Of a DNA stretch of 64,000 bases, positions 21,035 through 30,355 are shown in pieces (the first letter of the stretch is position 1; every line of letters starts with the position of its first letter). The position numbers and the translations under genes are program-made. Source of the stretch: Candidatus Latescibacterota bacterium (GTDB lineage Bacteria > Latescibacterota > UBA2968 > UBA8231); the NCBI GenBank assembly GCA_965208105.1, contig OZ242318.1, forward strand, positions 224,001 through 288,000. Direction: 5' to 3'. A model generated the notes under the pieces. The model was not told where the DNA came from. It saw only the letters and a program-made list of their open reading frames with translations, and searched no databases.

Positions 21035-21925
21035 ATGTTGACCGAGCAGCAAGTGGAGGAGTTCAACCGCAATGGCTTTCTCAACGGCGGCCGCGTCCTC
21101 GGAGACGGAGAGGTGGAGGAGCTGGCCGCCGAGCTGGACCGGATTTTGAAGATCGGGGATGGCGGATTCGCCGAGGACGAGCCCCGGCCCGTTCTGCTGC
21201 GCGACCTGAACGAGGGTCTGCGGGAATCCGGGTCCCGGCCGGTCTGGCAGGTGGTCAACATCTGGGAGGCCTCGCCGGCCTTCGAACGGCTCCTCTACAA
21301 CCGAGCCATCGTCAGGGCGGTCAGCCAGCTGACCGCGGAGCCTGACCTGCTCATCTGGCACGACCAGATCCAGTACAAGCCCGCCTTCAGCGGCGGGGCT
21401 ACCCGCTGGCACCAGGACGCCCCCCTCTGGCCCAGCATCCGTCCCATGACCCCGGTGTCGGCGTGGATCCCCCTCGACGACGCCGATACCGGCAACGGCT
21501 GCATGTGGATGGTTCCAGGGAGCCACGCGTGGGGCAACCAGATCGAGTTTCTCAACACCCAGGGGAACCTCAGGGAGCTTGGAGAATTGGCCGCAATCAG
21601 CGGGTTCTCGCCTCCGCCCGGTGCCGAAATCGACGACGTCCGGCCCCGGCCCTGGCCGGTGGCGCGAGGCGAGGTCTCGTTCCACCACTCGCTCACCTGG
21701 CACAGCTCCCCCCCCAACGTCTCCGGGCGCCCGCGGCGGGCCATCGCCATCCACTACATGACCGGCAAGGCCCGGTTCGTGGCCGCAGGCGGCCATCTCA
21801 TGAGCAAGTTCGTGGACCTGGAGGACGGGGAGCTCATGTCCGCCGCCGGCGAGCATTTCCCCATGGTATGCAAAGGCGGCAAGCCAACCGGACCGCCGCG
21901 AAGGCTCAAGAGCGCGGCGCGCTGA
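21035..21925 (+). CDS. PhyH family dioxygenase
   Basis: LTEQQVEEFNRNGF, WHQD, NGCMWMVPGSH, FHHSLTWH, RRAIAIHYM. Confidence 0.9.
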   Translation: MLTEQQVEEFNRNGFLNGGRVLGDGEVEELAAELDRILKIGDGGFAEDEPRPVLLRDLNEGLRESGSRPVWQVVNIWEASPAFERLLYNRAIVRAVSQLTAEPDLLIWHDQIQYKPAFSGGATRWHQDAPLWPSIRPMTPVSAWIPLDDADTGNGCMWMVPGSHAWGNQIEFLNTQGNLRELGELAAISGFSPPPGAEIDDVRPRPWPVARGEVSFHHSLTWHSSPPNVSGRPRRAIAIHYMTGKARFVAAGGHLMSKFVDLEDGELMSAAGEHFPMVCKGGKPTGPPRRLKSAAR

Positions 21926-21944
21926 TTACTCAAGGAAAGGGCAC

Positions 21945-23102
21945 ATGGAAAAGGTAAAAATCGGGATCATCGGCATGGGCGGCATGGGCACGAACCACGC
22001 GGAGTACCTGTCCGCCGGAGAGATCGAGGAAGCGGAGCTGACGGCGGTCTGCGACGTCAGGGAAGCGCGGCTGGAGTGGGCGCGGCAGAACCTGGGCCCC
22101 GGGGTCCAGGTCTTCGACAGCGCCGACGCCCTCCTGGCCGCCGGGGCGGCCGACGCCGTCCTCATCGCCACCCCCCACTATTTCCACCCGCCGCTGGCCA
22201 TCCAGGCCCTGGAGTCCGGCCTCCACGTGATGTCCGAGAAACCGGCGGGTGTCTACACCCGGCAGGTGCGGGAAATGAACGAGGCCGCGGCCAGAAGCGG
22301 CAAGGTCTTCGGAGTGATGTTCAACCAGCGCAACCGCGGGGAGCATCAGAAGCTGAAAGAGCTGGTGGACTCGGGAGAGCTGGGCGAAATCGTGCGCACG
22401 AACTATCTCATCACCGACTGGTTCCGCGCCCAGAGCTACTACGACGGCGGCGGCTGGCGCGCCACCTGGGCGGGGGAAGGCGGCGGTGTCCTGGTCAACC
22501 AGTGTCCCCACAATCTCGATCTATGGCAGTGGATCTGCGGAATGCCCGAACGGGTGCGCGCCTTCGTGGGGATGGGCAAGTACCACGACATCGAGGTGGA
22601 CGACGACGTGACCGCCTACGTGGAGTACGAAAACGGGGCAACCGGGGTCTTCATCACCACCACCGGGGAGGCGCCGGGGACCAATCGCCTGGAGATTTCC
22701 GGCGACCGGGGCAAGCTCCTGCTGGAGGACGGCAACATCACCTTCTGGCGCACGGTGGTTCCGGTCAGCCGCTTCCGCCGGGAGTGGAAGGGGGGATTCG
22801 GATCCCCCGAGGTGTGGAAGTGCGCGATTCCCGCGCCGGCCAGCGACCAGGAGCACCGGGGAATAACCAGGAACTGGGTGGAGGCCATCCTCCACGGCAC
22901 CCCGCTGCTGGCGCGGGGGGAGGAAGGCATCAACGGGGTGGAGCTGGCCAATGCCATGCTGCTTTCGAGCTGGACCGACGACTGGGTTTCCATTCCGGTG
23001 GATGAGGACCTGTTCTACCGAATGCTGCAGGAGAAGATCGAGTCGTCTACCGTTTCCAAGGAGGACCGGGACACCCTCATGGAGGTGGAAGGGACCTTCT
23101 GA
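21945..23102 (+). CDS. Gfo/Idh/MocA family oxidoreductase
   Basis: GIIGMGGMG, IATPHYFH, EKP, GGGVLVNQCPHNLD. Confidence 0.92.
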   Translation: MEKVKIGIIGMGGMGTNHAEYLSAGEIEEAELTAVCDVREARLEWARQNLGPGVQVFDSADALLAAGAADAVLIATPHYFHPPLAIQALESGLHVMSEKPAGVYTRQVREMNEAAARSGKVFGVMFNQRNRGEHQKLKELVDSGELGEIVRTNYLITDWFRAQSYYDGGGWRATWAGEGGGVLVNQCPHNLDLWQWICGMPERVRAFVGMGKYHDIEVDDDVTAYVEYENGATGVFITTTGEAPGTNRLEISGDRGKLLLEDGNITFWRTVVPVSRFRREWKGGFGSPEVWKCAIPAPASDQEHRGITRNWVEAILHGTPLLARGEEGINGVELANAMLLSSWTDDWVSIPVDEDLFYRMLQEKIESSTVSKEDRDTLMEVEGTF

Positions 23103-23151
23103 GAGTTCGGCTGCATGGAAGCGCAGGTGCCGGGCGGCGAGGCCGCTCCTC

Positions 23152-24750
23152 TCAGTGCGGAGGCGGTTCGGGGCTCTCCTCGAACCAGTAGGAGAAGAAG
23201 GATCCGCCCTTCAAGGTGAATCGAAGCTGCACGAACCGGTTCTTGAGGGAGTCGAGTTCGCCCTCTGCCCACTGCAATGGATAGCGGGAATGGTCACCGC
23301 TCAGGGTCTGAGAGCGGGCGACTGATTTGCCGCTGGCGTCCAGGACCTCGGCCTGGAACGAGCCCGCGTCCACGTTGGCGAAGAGCCACGGACTCCGGAG
23401 CAGGAAGGGCTCGGTGAGCAATGTTCCACCTTCGTCGTCGGCGTCGAGGGAGACGAAGCCGTCGCGGCGCAGGGTGGCCAGGCAGATGGCGCTGGTTACG
23501 GGGTCGGGGTCCGGCGGCGCCGACCTGTACTTGGCTCCCATGTAGTAAAGCCGCAGTTGGTCGCCGGCCGCAACCGGTCGCGTCGGCGGCATGATCTGGG
23601 TCAGATCGTAGGCGCCCGAATCCACCCGCGATGGGCCGATGAAAGGGCGGCGCTCGCCCAGGCGCTCCCAGTGGCGCAGGTCGCGGCTGCAGGTCAGCTG
23701 AACGAGGTGGAAGCCGTCGGAGTTCTCGTCGACGTCGCCGGTGTGGTGGAAGAAGGCGGCCATTCCCAGGTAGAGCCCCTCGTAGCGGAACACGCTCATG
23801 TTGTAGACGTCCACGAAGTACTCTTCGGGCACGTTGTGCTGGGGCTGGATCAGACCCGGGTCGGCAAGGCGGGCGGCGATTGCCTGGCGCGCCAGCTCCT
23901 GGTCCTGCTCGTCGGCGTGAAAGACGAGCTCGGGACTGGTCCAATGGTCGAAGTCCTTGCTGGTGGCCAGGGATATGGAGCGGCCGCGGGGGCTCATCTC
24001 CCCTTCCTTGAGGGTGGCGATGTAGGTTCCGGTCACCTCGTCATAGCTGAAGTTGCCCTCATCGCCGGTGGGCAGCCCGGGGCGGTCCAGCCTTCGCCAG
24101 TTGATGCCGTCGGGGCTGACCACCAGGTCGCGGGTCTGGAAGGAGCCCCGGCCCTCGTAGCGCTCTCCCGGATCGGCGCCGGGGCGCTCCTTGACGTGAA
24201 TCACCCAGCTCAACTGGTAGACGGATGGGTCGTTGAGGACGTGTCTCTCGGGGTAGGCCAGGCGCCAGGGATTGTGGACCAGCTTCCAGTTGGCGCGGCT
24301 GGGACTGACCACGCGCTCGCCGGCGCCGCGAAGCCGCAGGCCCTTGTAGCGCCGCGAGGGGTCCGGGTCGGCGGGATCGTAGATTACGTGTTCGCCGCAG
24401 GGTCCGGCGACCAGGCTGTTCTCGAGGGAGCCCTTGTGCTCGCGGCAGCGCAGGATGGGCCTGGTCCAGGCCAGGCCGTCGCCGCTCTCGGCGTAGGACA
24501 TCCCACCCTCGGTCATGATCCACAGCTTGTAGCGGCGCTCCTCCGGCACCCAGGCCGGCATGCAGCGGCTTTGTATGGCGGTCTCGCGGGGATATTCCGG
24601 CTCGATGACGGCTCCCTGCTTCTGGGGCTGATGCATGGTGCGGGTCAGGTTCTCGACGGCGGCCACCCCGTGGTCGTCGACGAAGAGCTGGCGCTGTCCC
24701 GAGGGAATGTCGAAAGGCATTGCGGCGGTCAATGGGATTCTCCTTTTCAA
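23152..24750 (-). CDS. Putative five-bladed beta-propeller glycoside-hydrolase-like protein
   Basis: RQLFVDD, AESGDGLAW, SPDGINW, TSKDFDHW, CSRDLRHW, LRRDGFVSL; alternative start 24720. Confidence 0.65.
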   Translation of the reverse strand: MKRRIPLTAAMPFDIPSGQRQLFVDDHGVAAVENLTRTMHQPQKQGAVIEPEYPRETAIQSRCMPAWVPEERRYKLWIMTEGGMSYAESGDGLAWTRPILRCREHKGSLENSLVAGPCGEHVIYDPADPDPSRRYKGLRLRGAGERVVSPSRANWKLVHNPWRLAYPERHVLNDPSVYQLSWVIHVKERPGADPGERYEGRGSFQTRDLVVSPDGINWRRLDRPGLPTGDEGNFSYDEVTGTYIATLKEGEMSPRGRSISLATSKDFDHWTSPELVFHADEQDQELARQAIAARLADPGLIQPQHNVPEEYFVDVYNMSVFRYEGLYLGMAAFFHHTGDVDENSDGFHLVQLTCSRDLRHWERLGERRPFIGPSRVDSGAYDLTQIMPPTRPVAAGDQLRLYYMGAKYRSAPPDPDPVTSAICLATLRRDGFVSLDADDEGGTLLTEPFLLRSPWLFANVDAGSFQAEVLDASGKSVARSQTLSGDHSRYPLQWAEGELDSLKNRFVQLRFTLKGGSFFSYWFEESPEPPPH

Positions 24751-24781
24751 TCCATGAGAGGGCGGATTCGAGGCGGGTCGG

Positions 24782-25801
24782 ATGAGAGATAAGCAAAGGG
24801 ATATGGGCTGTCAAGACAGCCGGCGGGACCGTGACGGGAAGGGCACCTGCTCACCGGACGAAGACTACGAGCCGCCGTTTCCACTGTTCAACGGCCACTT
24901 GCAGACCATCGTCCCCGGTATCCTGCGGCGGGTCCGGGGGGTGAGGTTCCGGCGCGAGAGGATAATCACCGGGGACGACGACTTCCTGGACCTGGACTGG
25001 TCCCGGACCGGGGCGGGGAAGCTCGCGGTCGTCTCCCACGGCATGGAGGGCAACAGCCGCAGGCCCTACGTCCTGGGCATGGTAAAGGCCCTCAACGCGG
25101 CAGGCTGGGACGCCCTGGCCTGGAACCTGCGCGGCTGCAGCGGCGAACCCAACAGACAGCTGCGTTTCTACCATGCGGGGGCCACCGACGATCTCGCGGC
25201 GGTGATCAGCCACGCCCTCTCCCGCGGGACCTACGGGGCCGTCGTCCTGGTGGGATTCAGCCTGGGTGGAAACCTGGTGCTGAAGTACCTCGGGGAGCGC
25301 CGCGATCAGCTGCCGCCGCCGATCCGGAAGGCCGCGGTCTTCTCCGTGCCCTGCGATCTGCGCTCCGGGGCCGTGGAGCTGGACAAGTGGCAGAACGGCA
25401 TCTACCGGAGGCGGTTTCTTCGCACCCTCAAGCACAAGGTGCGGGAGAAGGCCGCCTCGATGCCGGGCCTGCTCAGCGCCGCGGGGCTGGACGAGGTCCG
25501 CACCCTGCGCCACTTCGACGAGCGCTACACCGCCCCCCTCCACGGCTTCGGCAGCGCGGAGGACTACTGGCGCCGCAGCAGTTCCCTGCACTTCCTCGAG
25601 GGGATCCGGGTGCCGGCCCTGATCGTCAACGCGCGCAACGATCCCCTGCTGGGAGAGGGCTGCTATCCGGTGGAGGAAGTGAAGGACCAGCCCTTCCTGC
25701 GGCTGAAGATGCCCTTGCAGGGGGGGCACGTGGGGTTTCCCGGCGGCGGGTTGTTGTGGTCGGAGAGACTGGCGGTTTCGTTCTTCACCGGCGGCGGGTA
25801 G
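24782..25801 (+). CDS. YheT-like alpha/beta hydrolase
   Basis: NGHLQT, HGMEG, RGCSG, GFSLGG nucleophile elbow, NARNDP, GGHVGF; true start uncertain. Confidence 0.88.
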   Translation: MRDKQRDMGCQDSRRDRDGKGTCSPDEDYEPPFPLFNGHLQTIVPGILRRVRGVRFRRERIITGDDDFLDLDWSRTGAGKLAVVSHGMEGNSRRPYVLGMVKALNAAGWDALAWNLRGCSGEPNRQLRFYHAGATDDLAAVISHALSRGTYGAVVLVGFSLGGNLVLKYLGERRDQLPPPIRKAAVFSVPCDLRSGAVELDKWQNGIYRRRFLRTLKHKVREKAASMPGLLSAAGLDEVRTLRHFDERYTAPLHGFGSAEDYWRRSSSLHFLEGIRVPALIVNARNDPLLGEGCYPVEEVKDQPFLRLKMPLQGGHVGFPGGGLLWSERLAVSFFTGGG

Positions 25802-25849
25802 AGGCGCCGCAGGCGGGAGCCGGGTGGCGCAGGTCCTCGGCCTAACCGC

Positions 25850-26932
25850 TCAAGGCAGCCACTTCTCGTAGAATCTCTGCCAGTTGCGGTACATGACGTT
25901 CGCGGCGTCGTCCTCGCTGTAGCCGCGGTCCAGCAGAATGGGGGCCACCTTCTGGTAGTCCGCCACCGTGTCCACCTCCCAGGGCGCGCCCTCGACACCC
26001 CCCTGCCCGTCGGTGTCGCCGCCGATGGCGGCGTGGAGCGAGTTTCCGGCCAGCTGGCAGACGTGGTCGATGTGATCGGCGAGATGGCCCAGGGTGACGT
26101 CCTCGCGCCGGAAGTGATCGCGCCGCGAAAATCCGCCGGAATTCGACCAGTCGAGCACACCACCGGGATGGATCATCCAGGTATCCATGGAGGCCCCGAT
26201 GACCCCGCCGCGCTCGATGACGGCGCCGAGCTGCTCGTCGCTGAACTGGCGCACTCCGGGGGCCAGCGCGCGGCAGTTCTGATGGCTCGCCAGCACCGGT
26301 CCGGAGTAGATCTCCAGGGCTTCCCAGAAGCTCTCGTCGGAGGCGTGGGTCAGGTCGAGCAGCATGCCGCAGCTTTCCATCTCCTTGAGCAGGCCGGCGG
26401 CCGGTTCCTTCAGTCCGCCTTCGGTGCCGGTGCCCCAGGCGTAGGTGCTGGGTCCGTAGTGGGTCAGGCTGACCACCCGCACCCCGTCGTCCCACCACTC
26501 GTGCACCTGATCCGGCCAGAGAATGGGGTCTGCGCCCTCCATCCCGAGGATGAAGCCCACGGGCAGGGCTTCGGCGTCGTTTTCCCCTTCCCACCGGTCC
26601 ATGTGCCGGGACAGGTCCTGCCCGGTCGTCAGGATGGCGGCTTCCCCGCGCCGCGCCAGCACGTGGTAGTAGGCCACCTGCCCCTTGGCCGCCCCGTAGG
26701 CGGCCTCGCCGCCGCGGTACCCGGAGGCGACACTGTCCCGGCGCAGTCGGCGCACGGTGAATTTCACCAGCGCCGCGGCGATCCGGGCGCGGCGCAGCTC
26801 GGGCAGGGAGGCCATGGCAACCACCTCGGCATCCCCCCCGGCGGCGCGCACCTTCTCCAGGGGCAAGGTGAGGTCGCGGTTGATCTCCATGGCGCCGAAG
26901 GCCATGGGATAGTCGCCGTCGAAAATGAGCAT
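25850..26932 (-). CDS. Membrane dipeptidase (peptidase M19) family protein
   Basis: MEGADPI, LTHYG, LDLTH, ASHQNCRAL, DHIDHVCQ, IGGDTDG, NW. Confidence 0.85.
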   Translation of the reverse strand: MLIFDGDYPMAFGAMEINRDLTLPLEKVRAAGGDAEVVAMASLPELRRARIAAALVKFTVRRLRRDSVASGYRGGEAAYGAAKGQVAYYHVLARRGEAAILTTGQDLSRHMDRWEGENDAEALPVGFILGMEGADPILWPDQVHEWWDDGVRVVSLTHYGPSTYAWGTGTEGGLKEPAAGLLKEMESCGMLLDLTHASDESFWEALEIYSGPVLASHQNCRALAPGVRQFSDEQLGAVIERGGVIGASMDTWMIHPGGVLDWSNSGGFSRRDHFRREDVTLGHLADHIDHVCQLAGNSLHAAIGGDTDGQGGVEGAPWEVDTVADYQKVAPILLDRGYSEDDAANVMYRNWQRFYEKWLP

Positions 26933-26962
26933 GATGGTCAGTCCTTTCTCTCCGCCGCTAAC

Positions 26963-28471
26963 TTACCAGTACTGCTGTGCCCAGTGGGTCATGCGCTGGT
27001 CCTCGTGGCGCATGCGCCAGCGCAGCAGTTTCTGGCAGTAGCGCGCCACGGTGGCGGCATATTCAGGTTTGCCGGCCAGATCATCGAATTCCCCCGGGTC
27101 GGCGCGGAGGTCGAAGAGCAGGGGCGCCATGGTGGGGTCGGCGAACTGCACGTACTTGAAGCACCGGTCCCGCACCACCCAGAGCAGGTGCTCGTCAGGG
27201 TCGGTCTCCCCGGGCCGGCGCAGGGCTTTCTGGCGATAGTCGAACTCGTGGAAAACCTCGGGCTTGGGCACGTAGCCGGGATCGCCCCGCAGCAGTCCCA
27301 GCAGACTGCGGCCCTGGAAGCGGTCGGGAATGTCGACCCCTAGCCAATCCAGGATCGTGGGGGCCGAATCGATGGATTCGACGAAATGGTCCAGGCGCTG
27401 TCCGCGCGTGCCTTCAGCCTCGGCGAGAGGATCGCGCACGATGCAGGGAATTCGCAGGGCCCCGTCGTAGAAATGGCCCTTTCCGAAAAGGTAGTGATCT
27501 CCAAGGTACTCGCCGTGGTCGGAGGTGAAGATTATCAGGGTGTTGTCCCACTGCTCCGTCTCCCGCAGCGCCTGGAAAAGGAGCCCGATGTTGTCGTCCA
27601 CCTCGCTGATCATGCCGTAGTAGATGGCCGCCATCTCGCGCCGATGCTTCTCGTTCTGCAGCTGCGGTTGGTCGCCTTTCTCCCATTGCCGCTGCCAGTA
27701 GGGATGAGAGGGATCGAGCTCCTGGGGCCTGCGGGTGGCGGCGGGCAGGGAGGCCGGGTCGTAGAGGCGGTGGTATGGGGGGCAGCAGATATGCGGCGAG
27801 TGGGGCTTGATGTAGTTGAGGCTCAGTACCCAGCCTCTGCCTCCTTGTCCCCCCCTTTCCGCCTCGATGTACTCGATGGCCCTCTCGGTCAGGAAACGGC
27901 ACTCGCTGTCCTCCCTGGGGTATTTGGCGGGGTAGTAAATCTCCAGATGGTCTCCCGGTCCGTCGGCGGGGACGTCGGGGGAGTGAATGGCGTCGAATTT
28001 GAGGAGCTCTTCGTCGTAGCCCTTCTGCCGCAGCGACTCGAAGTACTCCTCGCTGTCGTACTCGTGGTAGAGAACGCGCTCGAATCCCGGCAGCACGTTG
28101 GCGTAGTGAAGGGAAGTCTTGCGCGGGTCTCCGGGGGCGAGAAGGGCAGGGTCCACGGCGTAGTCGTTGTAGCCGATCAGGCCGGGACGGTAGCCTTCCC
28201 GGCTCAGGGCGAAGCCGAAGTTGTCCTCGGCGTCTAGCAGGGGGGTGCAGTTTTGCGGGGAGCGGGTGGAGCACATGTAGCGCCCGGTGTAGATGCACAT
28301 GCGGCTGGGGCCGCAGGGAGCGGACTGGTTGAAGCATGAGGTGAAGGTGGTCCCGGAGGCCGCCAGCCGGTCCAGGTTGGGGGTCTTGATCACCTCGTTG
28401 CCGTTGCAGCCGAGGCAGTCGGCGCGAAACTGGTCGGCGATGATGAACAGCACGTTCAACGGTTTTGCCAT
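26963..28471 (-). CDS. Sulfatase / phosphonate monoester hydrolase family protein
   Basis: NVLFIIADQFR, TPNLDRLA, CGPSR (formylglycine motif), KPHSP, TSDHGEYLGDH. Confidence 0.9.
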   Translation of the reverse strand: MAKPLNVLFIIADQFRADCLGCNGNEVIKTPNLDRLAASGTTFTSCFNQSAPCGPSRMCIYTGRYMCSTRSPQNCTPLLDAEDNFGFALSREGYRPGLIGYNDYAVDPALLAPGDPRKTSLHYANVLPGFERVLYHEYDSEEYFESLRQKGYDEELLKFDAIHSPDVPADGPGDHLEIYYPAKYPREDSECRFLTERAIEYIEAERGGQGGRGWVLSLNYIKPHSPHICCPPYHRLYDPASLPAATRRPQELDPSHPYWQRQWEKGDQPQLQNEKHRREMAAIYYGMISEVDDNIGLLFQALRETEQWDNTLIIFTSDHGEYLGDHYLFGKGHFYDGALRIPCIVRDPLAEAEGTRGQRLDHFVESIDSAPTILDWLGVDIPDRFQGRSLLGLLRGDPGYVPKPEVFHEFDYRQKALRRPGETDPDEHLLWVVRDRCFKYVQFADPTMAPLLFDLRADPGEFDDLAGKPEYAATVARYCQKLLRWRMRHEDQRMTHWAQQYW

Positions 28472-28492
28472 GGGAACAGCTCCGTCCGGTCC

Positions 28493-29260
28493 TTATTCCT
28501 GTGACTTGCGCCAGAAGCTCTCCAGCCGGTGCCGGGGATTCCAGCCCAGCAGGCGCCTGGTCTTCTCGTTGGAGAATTTGCGGTGGGGAATATCGGTCGA
28601 GACGTTGAATGCTTCGCACCGGGAGGGCAGGGTTTCGAGGTCGACCTCCAGGGCGCAGCGGATCGCCTCGGCCGCGTCCGACCAGGTGACCATGAACGGA
28701 GCATAGTCCTCCGGGTGGTCCCCCGGATCGAAGAAATTATAGAACAGCAGCCAGATGAGATAGACGTCGTGGTGTTCGGTGAATACGCGGCTCAGCTCCA
28801 GCCCCAGCGCCTTGGTGAAGGGATACATCTCGATGCCCGGATGGGGCGGCAGGTCGGGATGGATGTCGTAGTCGAAGCGCTCGTAGTCGCGGCCCTGGAC
28901 GGTGAAATGGGGGCCGCTGCCGATGACCCTGCGGATACCGTGCTCCACCGCCGCCGCCATGATGTTGTGGGAGCCCAGGACGTTGACGTCGAAGGACTTT
29001 CTGCGGTGGTCGCGCAGCACCGAAAGATTGACGATGGCGTCCATCCCCTCGGCGGCGGCCATGACCTGCCCCGGGACGCTCACGTCCACCTCGTGGTACT
29101 GGTGGCGGTCCTGGGTCTGGTCCGGGCGGAAACCGGTCCGGTGGCCGAAAATCCCCTTGGGCCCGGCTATGTCGGCGAGTTTGAGCTCGTAGTGGCCCTC
29201 CAGGGCCCTGAGGGCGTGGGGCCCCAGCATGCCGTTGGCTCCCAGGATCAGCACCTTCAT
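28493..29260 (-). CDS. NAD-dependent epimerase/dehydratase family protein
   Basis: ILGANGMLG, NVLG, YPFTK (YxxxK). Confidence 0.85.
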   Translation of the reverse strand: MKVLILGANGMLGPHALRALEGHYELKLADIAGPKGIFGHRTGFRPDQTQDRHQYHEVDVSVPGQVMAAAEGMDAIVNLSVLRDHRRKSFDVNVLGSHNIMAAAVEHGIRRVIGSGPHFTVQGRDYERFDYDIHPDLPPHPGIEMYPFTKALGLELSRVFTEHHDVYLIWLLFYNFFDPGDHPEDYAPFMVTWSDAAEAIRCALEVDLETLPSRCEAFNVSTDIPHRKFSNEKTRRLLGWNPRHRLESFWRKSQE

Positions 29261-29982
29261 GGCGTTCGTCCGCCTCTGCCGGCGGGTTTGTAGCCCAGCT
29301 TCTTCCGCGCCGCGCGAATGGGAAAGCGGGCGCCGGGCAGGGCCGACTGGACGTGGAACAGGCCCCAGCTCGCCGAAGCCGGGGAAGATCCGCCTTTAGT
29401 TGCCTGGCCCCAGGTGTCCAGGTCGAGGGCTGCTTCCACCGCCTGCAGGGCGTCCTCCAGGTGCAGGGAGGAGGAGCTTGCCGGGGTCTGGCCGGGGCGG
29501 ACCAGATCACCCAGGCGCAGGCATGCGACCGCGATGCGTCCTTCCCGGGCGAACTCCCTGCAAACCAGTTCGCCCAGGTGGCAGCAGAGCACCTCGGGCT
29601 CGGTGCTGGGACAAGGTCTCCAGTGCTCGGTGACCTTCAGGTCTTCTCCGTACTGCGCCATCAGGGCCAGGGAGCTCAGGTATACCAGCAGGGGCACCTT
29701 TTCCTCGCTGGCGGCGTGGAGCAGGTTGTAGGTGCAGCGGGTGTGATAGTCAATCTGGCCGGCGGGGCTGGCGCCGGGGACCAGGCGGCCCCCGTGGATC
29801 AGCGCATCCATGCCGCGGACGAGATCCCTGGTGCCGCTGCCGTGGTCCAGGTCGCTGCGGACGAATTCAAGCTCGGTGGAAACGGGGGCGCGGTCGGTGA
29901 GGCGGACCTGGTGGCTGTCCTTCAAGGAATCGGCCAAGTCCTGGGAAAGGTCGAGGCAGGCGCCCGTGATCAGAATGTTCAA
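29257..29982 (-). CDS. NAD-dependent epimerase/dehydratase-like protein (degenerate active site)
   Basis: ILITGA, TYNLL, YLSS, LRLG; TTG start; YxxxK appears replaced (VLCCH). Confidence 0.75.
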   Translation of the reverse strand: MNILITGACLDLSQDLADSLKDSHQVRLTDRAPVSTELEFVRSDLDHGSGTRDLVRGMDALIHGGRLVPGASPAGQIDYHTRCTYNLLHAASEEKVPLLVYLSSLALMAQYGEDLKVTEHWRPCPSTEPEVLCCHLGELVCREFAREGRIAVACLRLGDLVRPGQTPASSSSLHLEDALQAVEAALDLDTWGQATKGGSSPASASWGLFHVQSALPGARFPIRAARKKLGYKPAGRGGRTP

Positions 29983-30025
29983 ATGTCAGGTCTCCCGCGG
30001 TTTCCTCTCCGGAGGCTGCTCGAAG

Positions 30026-30192
30026 CCAGTGTCCCGTCGCAGAAACAGGTCGCCATTTTCCACCGATCCATCCCGGCTGACGGCGTTGCCTTCACTCTCC
30101 GTGCACGGCGGGTACGACTTGCTCAGGCGCCTTGTGAGCCTGGCGCCTCGGCGGCCCAATTGCGTCAACCTTTCGCTGCGACGGGACACCAG
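30026..30192. repeat. ~165-bp palindromic element, copy G
   Basis: Perfect 14-bp TIR GTGTCCCGTCGCAG (30029-30042) / CTGCGACGGGACAC (30176-30189), CCAG at both ends, shared core. Confidence 0.85.
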
Positions 30193-30200
30193 GCGGCCAC

Positions 30201-30310
30201 AATATAGATTGCGGCAGGGTGCCCTGCAAGGCGGCAGGGGCCCATTGGCGCGGAATCCCCGGGCGGGAATCGTTTCTATTCTTTGCCGAGGCCGTGCCAA
30301 GGCGTATATT
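30201..30310. promoter_or_regulatory. Divergent sigma70-like promoters
   Basis: Minus strand: TTGCAG-N17-TATATT (30229-30201); plus strand: TTGCCG-N16-TATATT (30283-30310). Confidence 0.55.
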
Positions 30311-30355
30311 TGTCGTTTCGTCCAGACCGGAAACAGCCTTGGGGAGTAAATACAG

